A stretch of 64,000 nt of DNA from Amoebidium appalachense (taxonomy: Eukaryota; Protista; Ichthyosporea): contig CAVNZM010000013.1 in NCBI GenBank assembly GCA_963693365.1, positions 317,259-381,258 on the forward strand. Direction: 5' to 3'. The notes under the pieces are model-generated. The model made no database searches. It saw only the letters and a list, made by a program, of their open reading frames with translations, and had not been told where the DNA came from. Below are positions 1-11,500 of this stretch, one piece after another. Position 1 is the stretch's first letter, and each line of letters opens with the position of its first letter. The position numbers and the translations under genes are program-made.

Positions 1-1157
1 CTCAAGAGTAGAGAAGTACTCTTTTACTGGGCACACGTGGACGTTTGAAGCCGAGTCCCAGCAGGGGTCCATGGGTAGGGAGGCCGTGGTGGACACGAGG
101 GCAAAATGCACCTCTTTTCCAGACTTGGTGTTGGCACGGTGACGACGGGCAATTGAGCAGCCAGGTTTGTCACACTGTGTGACATGATGGTCTTCGTGAC
201 AGTAGGCACAGTCGAGGGAGCCAGTGGTCTTGGCTCGGGGGTGGCTGGGAATGACGGTTACCCCCTTTACGTGGGGGGTAGGGTGACCGGGAACGATAGC
301 CGGGGGAACGGGACCGTGAGTAATCACGGTCAACTGAGGGGGATCGATCGGTGGGATGACCGCGGGGGTGACGGGAGACGGAGCTGTCACGTCGGGGGGA
401 TCCGGTGTCTGAGGTCGTCCTTGGTGAGTACACGGCTTTGCAGGGCACGTGCTGTTCGGACGGTGGAGGAGGACCCGGACCCAGAGTCGATGAGACCTTC
501 ACGGATCTCTGCAGCTCTGATGTCACTGATTAGACGGTTGTAGGTCTCGTAGTTAATGGTACGACGGAAGTAGTCGGCAATCATGGCCTGGATGTCGGTA
601 CAAACTAACTTACGGTTCTTCTTGAGGTGGATGAAGAAGTTATCAACCATAGTCTTGTGAGGAATGGGCTCTTCGAGGATGTGCAGGGTAGTGCACAGAC
701 GGCGTGCCATGGTGAGGTAGGCCGTGACGGTCTTGAAGTCTTTGAGTTCAAGCTCATGGTAGTCGAGGAGGATTTGACGAGCACGATCTTCACGTTCAGC
801 CGCATAGGTCATACGGAGGTTGTGGAAAGCTTGGGCAGGTGACACATCATTGTGGATTTGACCAGAGTTATACAGCTCATCATTGGAGACGAGTTGAGTA
901 AACATCTGTTCAAGGAGGTTGGAAGCCTCGGTGTAGGCCTCCTCAGTGTCGTAGCCGTGCCACTCATTCTCGTCGGAAGGGTCGACCCACTCGGGGGCCT
1001 TGATGACGGGCACTAACTTGGCCGCGGTGGTGGTACGTAGGTACCGGAAGATGACGGGTTCCCACTCATAATAGGTGAGACGTTTGCCGGACTTCTTGTC
1101 CGTGGTGTCATCCCCTTTTCAGGGGGTGAGGTTGAGATACGCAGGTTTCTCCGACAT
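1..1157 (-). pseudogene. copia-C gag-protease, disrupted
   Basis: ATG at 1157; premature TGA in LTP*KGD where copia-A/B have MWKGE; frameshifts between ORFs 387-1013 and 170-526 and the knuckle/protease frame. Confidence 0.8.
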
Positions 1158-1276
1158 GGTGATCAATCAGTCAGATGATGCGTGAGAGAGGAATCAGATC
1201 GGTATTCAAATTTGAATATTTTTGATTGCAGCGAGAGTATGTGTTTGCGAGAGCGTGCGAAAATGGGCCTTTAACC

Positions 1277-1666
1277 TGTTGTTTTGTACGGGTCTAAGGG
1301 AGCAGAGTGCACAGAGGTGTCATGTAAAAACACGACTAACACATTAATGAGAGGGCAATCGGAGTTGTTCACGAGACATTGAAAGATTTCAAACAACAAC
1401 TCAATCTTTATTGTGCTCTCGGTTCCTTTTGTACTTGCGACTTATCACCTTATCACAACTAAAGAGGGAGAACCAATCGGTTCTATCAGAAGATAGAAAA
1501 ACACATTCCGACAGAGCATACGCATTCCAACTTCCGATTAAACTAAAGTGTAGAAACTCTTACTTAAATAAATTAAGTAATTATACATCTAGTCACTATT
1601 AACTCACATATATATTTATGTTCGTCTCTATAAAGAAACTTATTTAAATACATATATTTCCTAACA
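1277..1666 (-). repeat. 5' LTR of copia-C
   Basis: TG...CA inverted ends adjacent to the PBS; AT-rich. The outer end is inferred because no second LTR is in the window. Confidence 0.65.
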
Positions 1667-2008
1667 GTCGACACTCTCAAAGTGAAGACACTTTGCAATA
1701 AACCAAATTCCATATATATCTATTGTCCAATCACAACACACATATACTAACAGACACGGAATGCACAACACAATCTACAGATGTACTCGCTCGCGACTAT
1801 TGGCGAGCCATCCTTTTGAGAACAAACTAGGCCATTTTGAAATAAAGGAAAGACAACGAGTGAGGCTAGCCAATCACGCTACCTCTCAGATAAACAGAGG
1901 AGAGCAAATAGAAATAAAACACAATAAGTTCTTATCAGGCAAGAGAGCCAGGAGTGTGCACAGATCTACAGATATCTGTGCCCACAGAAACAAGGGAGAG
2001 AGAGATAC

Positions 2009-2030
2009 GGGGGGGGGGGGGGGGGGGGGG

Positions 2031-2128
<98 letters not shown>

Positions 2129-2137
2129 AAGAGAGAG
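2009..2137. repeat. poly-G plus (GA)n microsatellite
   Basis: Directly visible. Confidence 0.95.
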
Positions 2138-2230
2138 AGCACAAAGGAGGAAAGCAGACACGAATACAAACAAGCTAGGACACATACATACTTCAAGGCT
2201 CTTGCTGTCATACATGGTGACGTATTTCTC

Positions 2231-2664
2231 TGCTACCATTTTGGATTTTGTCCTGGTGCAGAGACTAGCGATCTTGCTAGCCTTGAGATCACAACCTAAC
2301 CACTGCCGATGGTTGTGATGACGCCAGTAAAGGCGTGCTGGCTTTTTACCCCAGCGAGAAGAGGATGAGAAAAAGATGATCCCGACGGGATTTGAACCCG
2401 CGACCCCTCTATCTCCGGTCGAGTGCTCTACCAACTGAGCTACGAGATCGGTTAAGATCTCGCAGGCCACCAGCCGATCATGATCTGATTCATGCGATCG
2501 GACTGGATAACGATACCATCTTCCAACATCCCCACTCAGGACGAATCGCAGAATCAGGTTAGGGTGGACTGCCCCCTCAGTCCCCACTGAACCTCTGTTC
2601 ATGCTACCATTTTGGATTTTTGTCCTGGTGCAGAGACTAGCGATCTTGCTAGCCTTGAGATCAC
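2231..2664 (-). mobile_element. Small non-autonomous repeat: two ~62-bp direct repeats flanking a tRNA-like gene
   Basis: TGCTACCATTTTGG...GAGATCAC at 2231-2292 and 2602-2664. The right copy is fused at CAC to the U5 remnant of the copia-A LTR. Confidence 0.6.
2377..2449 (-). tRNA. tRNA-like (pseudo-tRNA), anticodon loop CCGGAGA
   Basis: Cloverleaf GATCTCG-TA-GCTC AGTTGGTA GAGC-A-CTCGA CCGGAGA TAGAG-GGGTC-GCGGG TTCAAAT CCCGT-CGGGATC-A with A and B boxes and a T-run after it. C33 instead of U33, one anticodon-stem mismatch and a short variable arm argue against a normal tRNA-Ser(GGA). Confidence 0.7.
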
Positions 2665-2786
2665 TGTGTCTCTGCTTCCCCGACATAGTCAGAATACTTA
2701 TATAATTTTTCAGGTTATGCTGCCCTTTTGCACGCTCTCTATACACACATCACCACCGCGATCGCCCACCAGCGCGCTAGTCCACC

Positions 2787-5255
2787 ATGGATCCCAACAA
2801 GTCCGGCTTAAACAAAATCACCATGTGGAAGGGTGAAGGCAAGACCGGCCCTGACCACAAGACCACCTACTTCCAATGGGAAATCATTTTCCTCGGCATG
2901 ATGACCGGCACCAAAGGTGCCCTACTTGTGGACGTTGTTCTCGCTGACAACTACGTTCCACCCAACACCGCCGCCATTGATGGTGTGCTTCCCTTCTACG
3001 GTTACGCTACTGCGGCTGAACTCACGGACGCCCGCAACTGCTTACTTCTCCACATGATCCAGAACATCGACCCGTCTGTCCTCACCACCGTCGCCCAGTA
3101 CCGTATCGGCATGGACCCTGAACGGGCCATGTGGAAGTTCCGACAACACTACCTCCAAGGCAAACCCGACCAGGTCCGTCTCCTCCGTCGCGAGTGGGAT
3201 GCCTGCTCCCTCAAGTCCAGTGAGACATTCACTGACTACCTCCAGTGTCTCCAAACCACTGGCATCGTCACCCAGCTTCAGTCCCTGCAAGATGACTCAG
3301 TCACCTTCACCCATCTGGCAGAGAAGTTCTTTAATGAACTTACCACCCGTGACGATCTCACCAGTGAATTCAGCCGTCTACTCGAAGACTACCACTTCGG
3401 AGATAAGCTCTTCTCCGACTTTGAGACTCTGCACAACCACGTGAAAGGCATTGAGCTACGCCAACAACTCAAGACTAAACTCCGTACCAGCCGTGACCCC
3501 CGTAGCTCCACCACCAGCATGGCTTTGACTGCCCGTGCTCCCCCCCGAGATCTTCCTCGCCGTGACTTACGCCACCGCATCAACAAACCACCCAGTGCTG
3601 ATCTCCGTACTCATTTCTCCCGTCAGCACACCCGTTCCCGTTCACCCCACCGGCCTACCTTCCGGTCCACGTCCCGTTCCCCGAGCCGTTCCCGTTTCCC
3701 TGACCCCCGCCGTTCCGTTCACCCGGCTCGTTCCAACACCCCGGCCAACTCCTGCTTGTACTGCCGTGAACCTGGCCACCAGATTACCGACTGCCCTGAA
3801 CCTGGCTGCCGTGTTGCCAGAAACGCCCGCAACACCAACAAGTCCGTCTCCTTTGCCTTCTCAGCTTACAATGTCAGCTCCGTCCCCGTGTCGCCCGACC
3901 CGGCCTGGGATTCCGGTTGCAACATGACTGTTTGCCCCCACCGTGAGTTCTTCCAGGACCTCACCCCCCTCCCAGCCCCTACCCCAGTTGCTGCCTTCAA
4001 CGGTATCCCCGTCTTGGCTACCCACCAGGGCCATATCACCCTCAACACCACCACCATCCACGGCACCAACACCCTCACCATTGAGGCCTACTACACACCG
4101 TCCGGTCAGGCCTTCCTCATCTCCACATCTCAGGCTGCTGCTGAATACATCAAGGGTGACCTCAACGATGCCTCCACCCCGTCGTTCTTATTTGACCGAC
4201 ACACCGGCCGTCACCTCGTCAACCTCCGTCTGTACAACGGTCTGTACTACTTCACAGACTACACCATTAAACCCCCAGCCAGTCCAGTAGCTCTGGCTGC
4301 CACCACCAGTGTTCATCCCTCCATCTGGCATTATCGTCTCGGACACCGTGCCATGACCGGCATCAAGGAGATGATCACCAAGGACCTCGTCATTGGCCTC
4401 CCCGACTCCGTACTTGACTGTGCCGTCCCTGATTGCCATGGCTGCATGATGGGCAAAACTACCAAGGCTCCATTCAAGGGTGACCGTCCTCACTCTTCTG
4501 TCCCCGGCTATGAGTGGCACTGGGACTTCTTTGAGCCTTCCACCACGTCGTACGGAGGTTCCAAGGTTGCTCTCGTTACCGTGTGCCGTTCCTCTGGTCT
4601 CGTGAAGATCTACCCCATGGCTGACCGTTCATCTACCCTGGATGTCATCAAGTCCCACAACCACCTTGTGTCCAATCATGCCTCTTCCACCGTGGGTGTC
4701 TACCACTTTGACTCCGGTTCCGAGTTCACCTCTCAGGCTACCTGGGTTTTCTGCTCCTCCCAGGGCATCAAGGCCAGCTATGCTCCCGTGGACTGTCCTG
4801 GCAGCTCAATGGTTACGTCGAACGTCGTATGCGCTCACTTCAAGAGATAGTTCGTTGCCTGCTGCACCAAGTACCCGACCAGTCTCTGTCCCCCAAACTG
4901 TGGGCTGAGGCTCTCAACATGCTGCCTACATCGTCAATGTAACCCCGTCCTCGGCTGCCAATGGTCGTACTCCATTCGAAGTATTTTACGGTGTCAAGCC
5001 CGACATCTCCGAGCTCAAGGTGTTCGGCTGCCCAGCCTACACTCATGTCCCGGCTGCCAAACGTAACAAGCTGCAACCAACCGTCAAGCTCGGCATGTAC
5101 ATCGGCTATGATCTACAATCACATTGCCACCGGAACTTCAACTTCACCACTCACCGAGTGGGTCTTTTCCGTGACGTGATTTTCTACGAATCAAATTATG
5201 TTCCCCCCTGGTAAACCCCGGGCCATCTGCCCCCGTCAACTCCGAGGTTCCCCCC
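2787..5255 (+). pseudogene. copia-A gag-protease-integrase (5' half of polyprotein)
   Basis: CLYCREPGHQITDC knuckle, AWDSGC protease, WHYRLGH...CHGC integrase zinc motif, HWD...FDSGSEF DDE core; frameshift near 4800; cut by the gypsy insertion. Confidence 0.9.
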
Positions 5256-5735
5256 TGTAAACAGTTGGACTAGTTAGGATAAGGCAGAGTACAACTGAAT
5301 CAAAATAAAGACAGAGAACGGGTAGAAAGGCACACGCGGCCAGGTTGCTTTTACTATGGGCCGACTCAGTCTGTCTCAGACTTCACTGATGTGATCCCCG
5401 TACTGGGACGGCTTTCTTATATAGCCCCCAGGTTTCGGATCAAGGCCCAGGATTGGTTCATCCGCGGCCAGCGCGGGTGGCAACATGCCATTCGTGATTC
5501 TGGTGCGGTCCGAGCCAGTCAGACCTTCGTCCTATTTATGCAAACATCTTATTGGTCCACTTCGTTTATGTGGTATGCAGCGGTAGAACCATATATGGTT
5601 CACTTTTTAGGTAAGATTGATTCCTATTGGTGCGGACATAATATTTATGTGATATTCGTGACAAAGCACGAATCGTGTGCTAGTACATCACATTCTTTAG
5701 TAAACATGTACAGTTCATGTGTACAGTTGTTTACA
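5256..5735 (-). repeat. 3' LTR of the non-autonomous gypsy (480 bp)
   Basis: Terminal inverted TGTAAACA/TGTTTACA; R/U5 part similar to the LTRs at 27017 and 34659. Confidence 0.9.
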
Positions 5736-8235
5736 CTCTCCCCCTTGTCGGGAGCCTGGTGGTGTCGTTAGACAAGCAAACCACCAGGCTGAGAGGCGAT
5801 AAACAACCTTCAGCGAGAATTCTTGTGCGCCGAGCTGCTGGGCAGAACAGAGCAAGGATGGTTGAATAGAGTTGTGCACGTCTATGAGCACTTCTTCGTT
5901 TGCCAAAACGTAAATTCATGCAGCATTCTTCTGTGCTTTCATTTTCGTGGCGAAGATTGTTGCAGAGTGTTCGTGCGAATTGTTCGCTTCGTCTCTGTGC
6001 TTGGCTTTTTCTGTAGAAGTAATATTTTCCTTTTTGGGAATTTTTCCTTTTTAGGATACTCCCGCAGATTCGTTTTCAATTGCGAGTAATTTGGTTGTGT
6101 GGATGAATGATCATACCAAGCATTCGATAATGAATATAACTCAAGCCTTAGGTCACTTCGTAGCTCAGGTAGTGGTGGATAGCTTCAAGGCTTAGCCGCT
6201 GCTCCTTATCCCGGTTCTACCTTAAGACTGTAAGGCGAGTCGCCATGGCCAGAAAAGCCACTTCTTTCATGAACAAATAGCACTTCTTTCCTTTCAGCTT
6301 TAACCCTGCATCATCGGAGCTGGGAAAAACATGAATAAAAATGCCCCAAGTGTTCTTCGTTGAGCGACATAAAGAAATATATCAGCCCGTCAGAATTCGA
6401 ACCAGTAAAAACCCGGTTCATAATTCATAAGAAGAGGGTAGACAAAGCAAACCTTCTTCAGAAAACACATGCTTCCATTCGTGAGCAGTTTTCGTATCCC
6501 ATTTGCCAGCCATTTTTCGTTGAGCAGGGGGATTCCAGGCATAATACATTCTTCTGGAGGCTTGGCCTAAAAAGAAAAGTCGTCAGAGTCGCCCTTTCTT
6601 TTGTAAGCAACTTCGTGAGCGCGCTTCGTATCTTCATATCCTCCAGTGCAGGTCTGGATGGTGCCCCATCCTCTGCTTCATTTGTAGGTGGCCCTACTGT
6701 AGGTTCTGTTCGTTGTGTGGAATACCAAAACCATTCGTATTCGTGGAACTGCTTTGTGCTGTGCTTGCTTTCGTGTTGGTGTTCATGAAGTTACCCAATT
6801 CACACACCTACTACTTTCATACATCAGACGTAAGTAGCTGCCTGGGGGGTGTGTGGTTCGTGTTCGTGGCATTCTTCTGTTCCTTCGTGAGAAGAATATT
6901 CGTTTTAGCAGAGGTGCCCAATAAGGCAGCTTGTGGGGTTGTCTCCCGCATGTGCCCATTGGTGGGGTATGCACGTGCTAAATTGTTACAGTGTCATCAT
7001 ATTGCAAGGGAATAACATGGTCACCTCCGTACCAGGGCCTAGGTACACATGATGGTCCGATGTGTTAGTCAACAACACCTTGCATTTGTATTCGTATTCG
7101 TCTTCCACGTCACTTTCTTCAGTAGTGAAGGAGGGTATTCGTAATTCGAAACTGAAAGGCTTCCAGCCAAAATACTGAAACTGTATGCTGGGGTTGTGAG
7201 GGAACGGTGCCCATACCACATTCTTTTGTTCTGGTGGGGGTGTGCCGGCAGCTAGTGCAAGGCTTGACAGTGTAATTGGTATGTTACACAGTATTGCCAC
7301 AGACGGGCATTCACCTTAAAATCCGTACCCAACACCTTCTTTGTTTTTCACATGCATGAACAAAAGTTCTGCATCGACTTTATTACATGCCTTTTGTGCA
7401 CCAAGATTGCAAATTCGTTAAGACGTGGCACCAGGAAGGGCCGCCACATGAGGCATATGTTCGTAATGTGTTTAGGCATGCCAGCATACATTCATGCGCA
7501 TGTTGTGCATCCTGTGCGCTAAACTATGGGGCATGCCGTATTCGAAAACTGTTACAGCAAGAAATTCGAAGCATGCATGCAAAACTACTTTCACAGCACC
7601 TTATGTCCTCAATGCTATAGGAACAGCGACTATCTTCTTCTTTAAATGCATTCGTGCTGAAAGTGGCCGTGCATCTGGCTTGCGAGTGTGGAGGTGCATG
7701 CGGTGGCATGGACACGATGACAGTGTGCAATAGCGCAATGCACGCAAGGGCAACGGTTTTCTTTTCTTCGTAACATAGAGGGGGCTGTGTGCATTGCAAC
7801 CCAATGCATTCGTTCTTTCATTTTCGTATTTCCATTTCATTTTGCTTTCGTTTTTCGTTTTTTGTCGTTTGATAACTTCGTTACTTTGTTTGGTTTTGTG
7901 TTGCATTCATTTCATATTTCCTCTATGCATTCGCTTGTCGTTAATTCTTTATTTCATTGCGTATTCGTGATGGTTCGTTATTCGTTGGTTCATTGCTTCG
8001 TTAGCAATTCTTTATTCGTTTGTTCGTGTATTCGTTGTTTCGTTGTGTATTCGTTTTTCTTCACATTTTTGATGTGTCATATCAAAAGAAGTTTTACATG
8101 CTTTCAATTCTTTCCGTGTAGGTGGGCTGGCCACTTCAAACTTGTCGGTGTATATATTCTAAGCCGGACAAGGAAAGATGTGCCTATCATCGGGGTAAAA
8201 AGGATTGTGATCGGCCAAGGATTGTGATCGGCCAG

Positions 8236-8564
8236 TGGGTATGCCCACTTAGGGTTTATATATAAGGTTTGACCTGTACCATCACTCTACTCTATCTTTC
8301 ACTGGTTTAAAACCCAGTTAATCAAACACCGCCTATACACGTTATATATATTCGTTGTTTTTGCCCCGGTTCCTTCCCCCCCTCCCCTTCCCCCCCCTTC
8401 CCCCCCCCTTCCCCCCCCCTCCCCCCCTTCTCCCCCCCCCCCCCCCCCCCCCGGGAAAAGTACACACTTTAATTATTTTTTTTTCCGTTTCTGTTCTCAA
8501 GTGGGGAGATTTCACTAGTTCAGTGGGGATATGATAACACAAACTTCAAAGTCTTAAGTGGGGA
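8236..8564 (+). repeat. Extra copy of the copia-B 3' UTR and PPT upstream of its 5' LTR
   Basis: Matches 14040-14380 apart from poly-C length. Confidence 0.9.
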
Positions 8565-11500
8565 TGTTGTAATACGTAGTATTTACATATGGTAAGATCT
8601 TCTCAGTTTGTGTTATGTTTCAGTTCATATGCTTAGTGTAAATGCCACACTCCTATTATGTAAAGTGTAGCATCGATCTCCGATATGCTTGTATACTTGT
8701 AATCGTGTTGTATCGGCTTTAATCGTGTATTGTAATATCGATTAGAATATTTATATGTGTGTACACGGATCCACCCACTCAGGGAGAGACGTGTACATGT
8801 TCGTGTGTACATAAATATCTCTGGTTATAGTTATGCTATTACTATCTTGTTTGTTGATCTGTGCTCTCTTTTCCTTCCTCTTTCTCCTTCCTTATTTTCT
8901 TTTCTTTCTCTCCTTGTCTTCATGTGTATAATCGTATTTCTTTTCTACTAATATATGTTAGGTAGATTTGTGTTACTTAATACGTGTTCATTGGACGGTA
9001 ACACACTTAGGCTACACTTAGAATAGCATGTGTGTTTAGACTTCATTAATTCACTTTAGTTTTCATGTGTTGCCGGGCTTTAACCAATCATCAAGGTTAA
9101 GTGTGATATGTCTGAGTCTTTGCAGTATGTCATAGGTTAGAACTTCCTTGATGATGACACGAGTTGATCCTAACTAGTGTCTGTGTCCTATCGTGTACGC
9201 CTCCGCGTACCGGATCTCTCTGAAAGCAATTGGTTCTTAGTGATTGGTTTCTATTAGAGATGGATCTGATTTCCGACTGGTCGGAAATCATGTATGGATT
9301 GGACTTAGAGGAATTTCAGGTATTTATTCGAAGATCAGAATAAATTCAGTTCAGTCGTGTCTAAACATTGATGTCTGTTGTGTACACTGCTCCGATCGTT
9401 CCGTGTTTTGTTGTTGTGTGTGTCTGTGGTGTTTTCACACTGCACCACTGTGTCTCTGCTTACATCCCAAATACTTATAGAATTTAACAGGTTATGCAGC
9501 CCTTTTGTACGCTCCCTACACACATCTAGAACTCGCGCTCGTTTTTCAATCATGGATCCAAACAAAACTGGCGTAAACAAAATCACCATGTGGAAAGGTG
9601 AAGGGAAGACTGGTCCCGATAGCAAAACTACCTATTTTCAATGGGAAATCATTTTTCTCGGCATGATGACCGGCACTAAAGGTGTCCGACTCGTGGATGT
9701 TGTCCTTGCTGACAACTACGTCCCCCCTACCACCGTCGCGGTTGACGGTGAACCCCCCTTCTATGGCTACGGCACTACCGCGGAACTCAAAGAGGCCCGC
9801 AATTGCCTCCTGCTCCATATGATACAGAACATCGACCCTTCCGTCCTCACCACCGTTGCCCAGTACCGTATTGGCATGGACCCTGAACGGGCCATGTGGA
9901 AATTCCGTCAACACTATCTCCAAGGCAAACCCGATCAGATCCGCATCCTTCACCGTCAGTGGGATGCCTGTGCCCTTCAGCCCGGTGAATCATTCACCAC
10001 CTACCTGAGCCGTCTGCAGACCATCGTGAACCAGCTCCAGTCTCTCCAAGATGAGTCCATTCACTTCACTCGTCTAGCTGAGAAGTTCTTCAATGAACTC
10101 ACCACCAGAGACGACCTCACCCCTGAGTTCAATCGTCTTATCGAAGACTATCACTTCGGTGATAAGCTATTCCCCGACTTCGAGTCCCTCCATAACCACG
10201 TCAAGGGCATCGAGTTACGTCAAGACCTCAAGATGCAACTCCGGAACAACCGTGCCCACCGTGCCTCCAAGTCCAGCATGGCATTAAATGCCAGTGCTCC
10301 CCCCCGTGATCTTCCTCGCCGTGACTTACGCACCCGACTTGACCGTACCTCTGGCACGGACCTCCGAACTCGTCTCTCCCGTCAGCACACCCGATCCCGT
10401 TCCCCCCACCGGCCTGCCTTCCGGTCCACGTCTCGTTCCCCCAGTCGTTCCCGTTTCTCGGGTTCCCGTCGTTCTGATTCCCCGGCTCGTTCTAACACCC
10501 CGTCCGTGAAAGAATGCTCCTACTGCCACGAGCCTGATCACACGATCATCGATTGCCCTGAGCCGAAATGCCGTATGTCCAGACACAACCGTTCCCGTCA
10601 AGGCAGTGAGAAATCTGTCTCCTTTGCTTTCTCGGCATACAATGCTAGCTCCGTCCCCGTGTCCTCCGACCCTGCCTGGGATTCCGGGTGCAACATGACT
10701 GTTTGCCCCACCCGTGAGTTCTTCCATGACCTCACTCCCCTTCCGACACCGACTCCCGTTGCTGCCTTCAATGGCACCCCCGTCTTGGCCACTCACACCG
10801 GCCATATCGTCATCAACACCACCACCGACCATGGCACTACCACCCTAACCATTGAAGCCTACTACACCCCGTCTGGCCAAGCCTTCCTCATTTCAACATC
10901 CCAAGCTGCTGCCGAATACATCAAGGGTGATTTGAACGATGCCTCCACTCCGTCATTCCTCTTCGACCGACTCACCGGCCGTCATCTCGTCAACCTCCGT
11001 CTACACAACGGTCTGTATTACTTCAAGGACTACACCATTCAACCACCCACTCGTCCTGTGGCTCTGGCTGCCACTACCAGTGTTAACCCATCCATCTGGC
11101 ACCATCGTCTGGGGCACCGAGCTATGACCAGCATCAAGGACATGGTGAAACACGACCTTGTTATTGGTCTCCCCTCCTCTGTCCTCGACTGTGATGTTCC
11201 TGATTGTCATGGCTGCATTATGGGTAAGACCACCAAGGCTCCGTTCAGGGGTGACCGTCCTCACTCCAACATCCCCGGTCATGAATGGCATTGGGATTTT
11301 TTTGAGCCTACCACAACATCGTACGGAGGTTCCAAGGTTGCTCTCGTCACTGTCTGCCGTGCCTCTGGCCTCGTCAAGATCTACCCGATGGCCGACCGTA
11401 CCACCACCCTGGATATTCTCACAGCTCACACCAACCTCGTTGCCACCCATGCCCCCTCCAAAGTTGGTGTTTACCACTTCGACTCCGGCTCTGAGTTCAC

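Larger units (their letters stand above)
1..1666 (-). mobile_element. Ty1/copia LTR retrotransposon family C, 5' part (runs off the window start)
   Basis: Putative LTR 1277-1666 with TGTT...AACA ends, PBS-like GGTTAAAGGCCCA at 1264-1276, then gag-protease homologous to the other copia elements (YYEWEPVIF, CAYCHEDHHVTQC knuckle, PCWDSAS protease motif). Confidence 0.85.

Noticed and set aside
9378-9551. N-terminal extension of copia-B Gag
   Set aside because: Lies in LTR/PBS sequence; homology with copia-A starts at MDPNK (9552).
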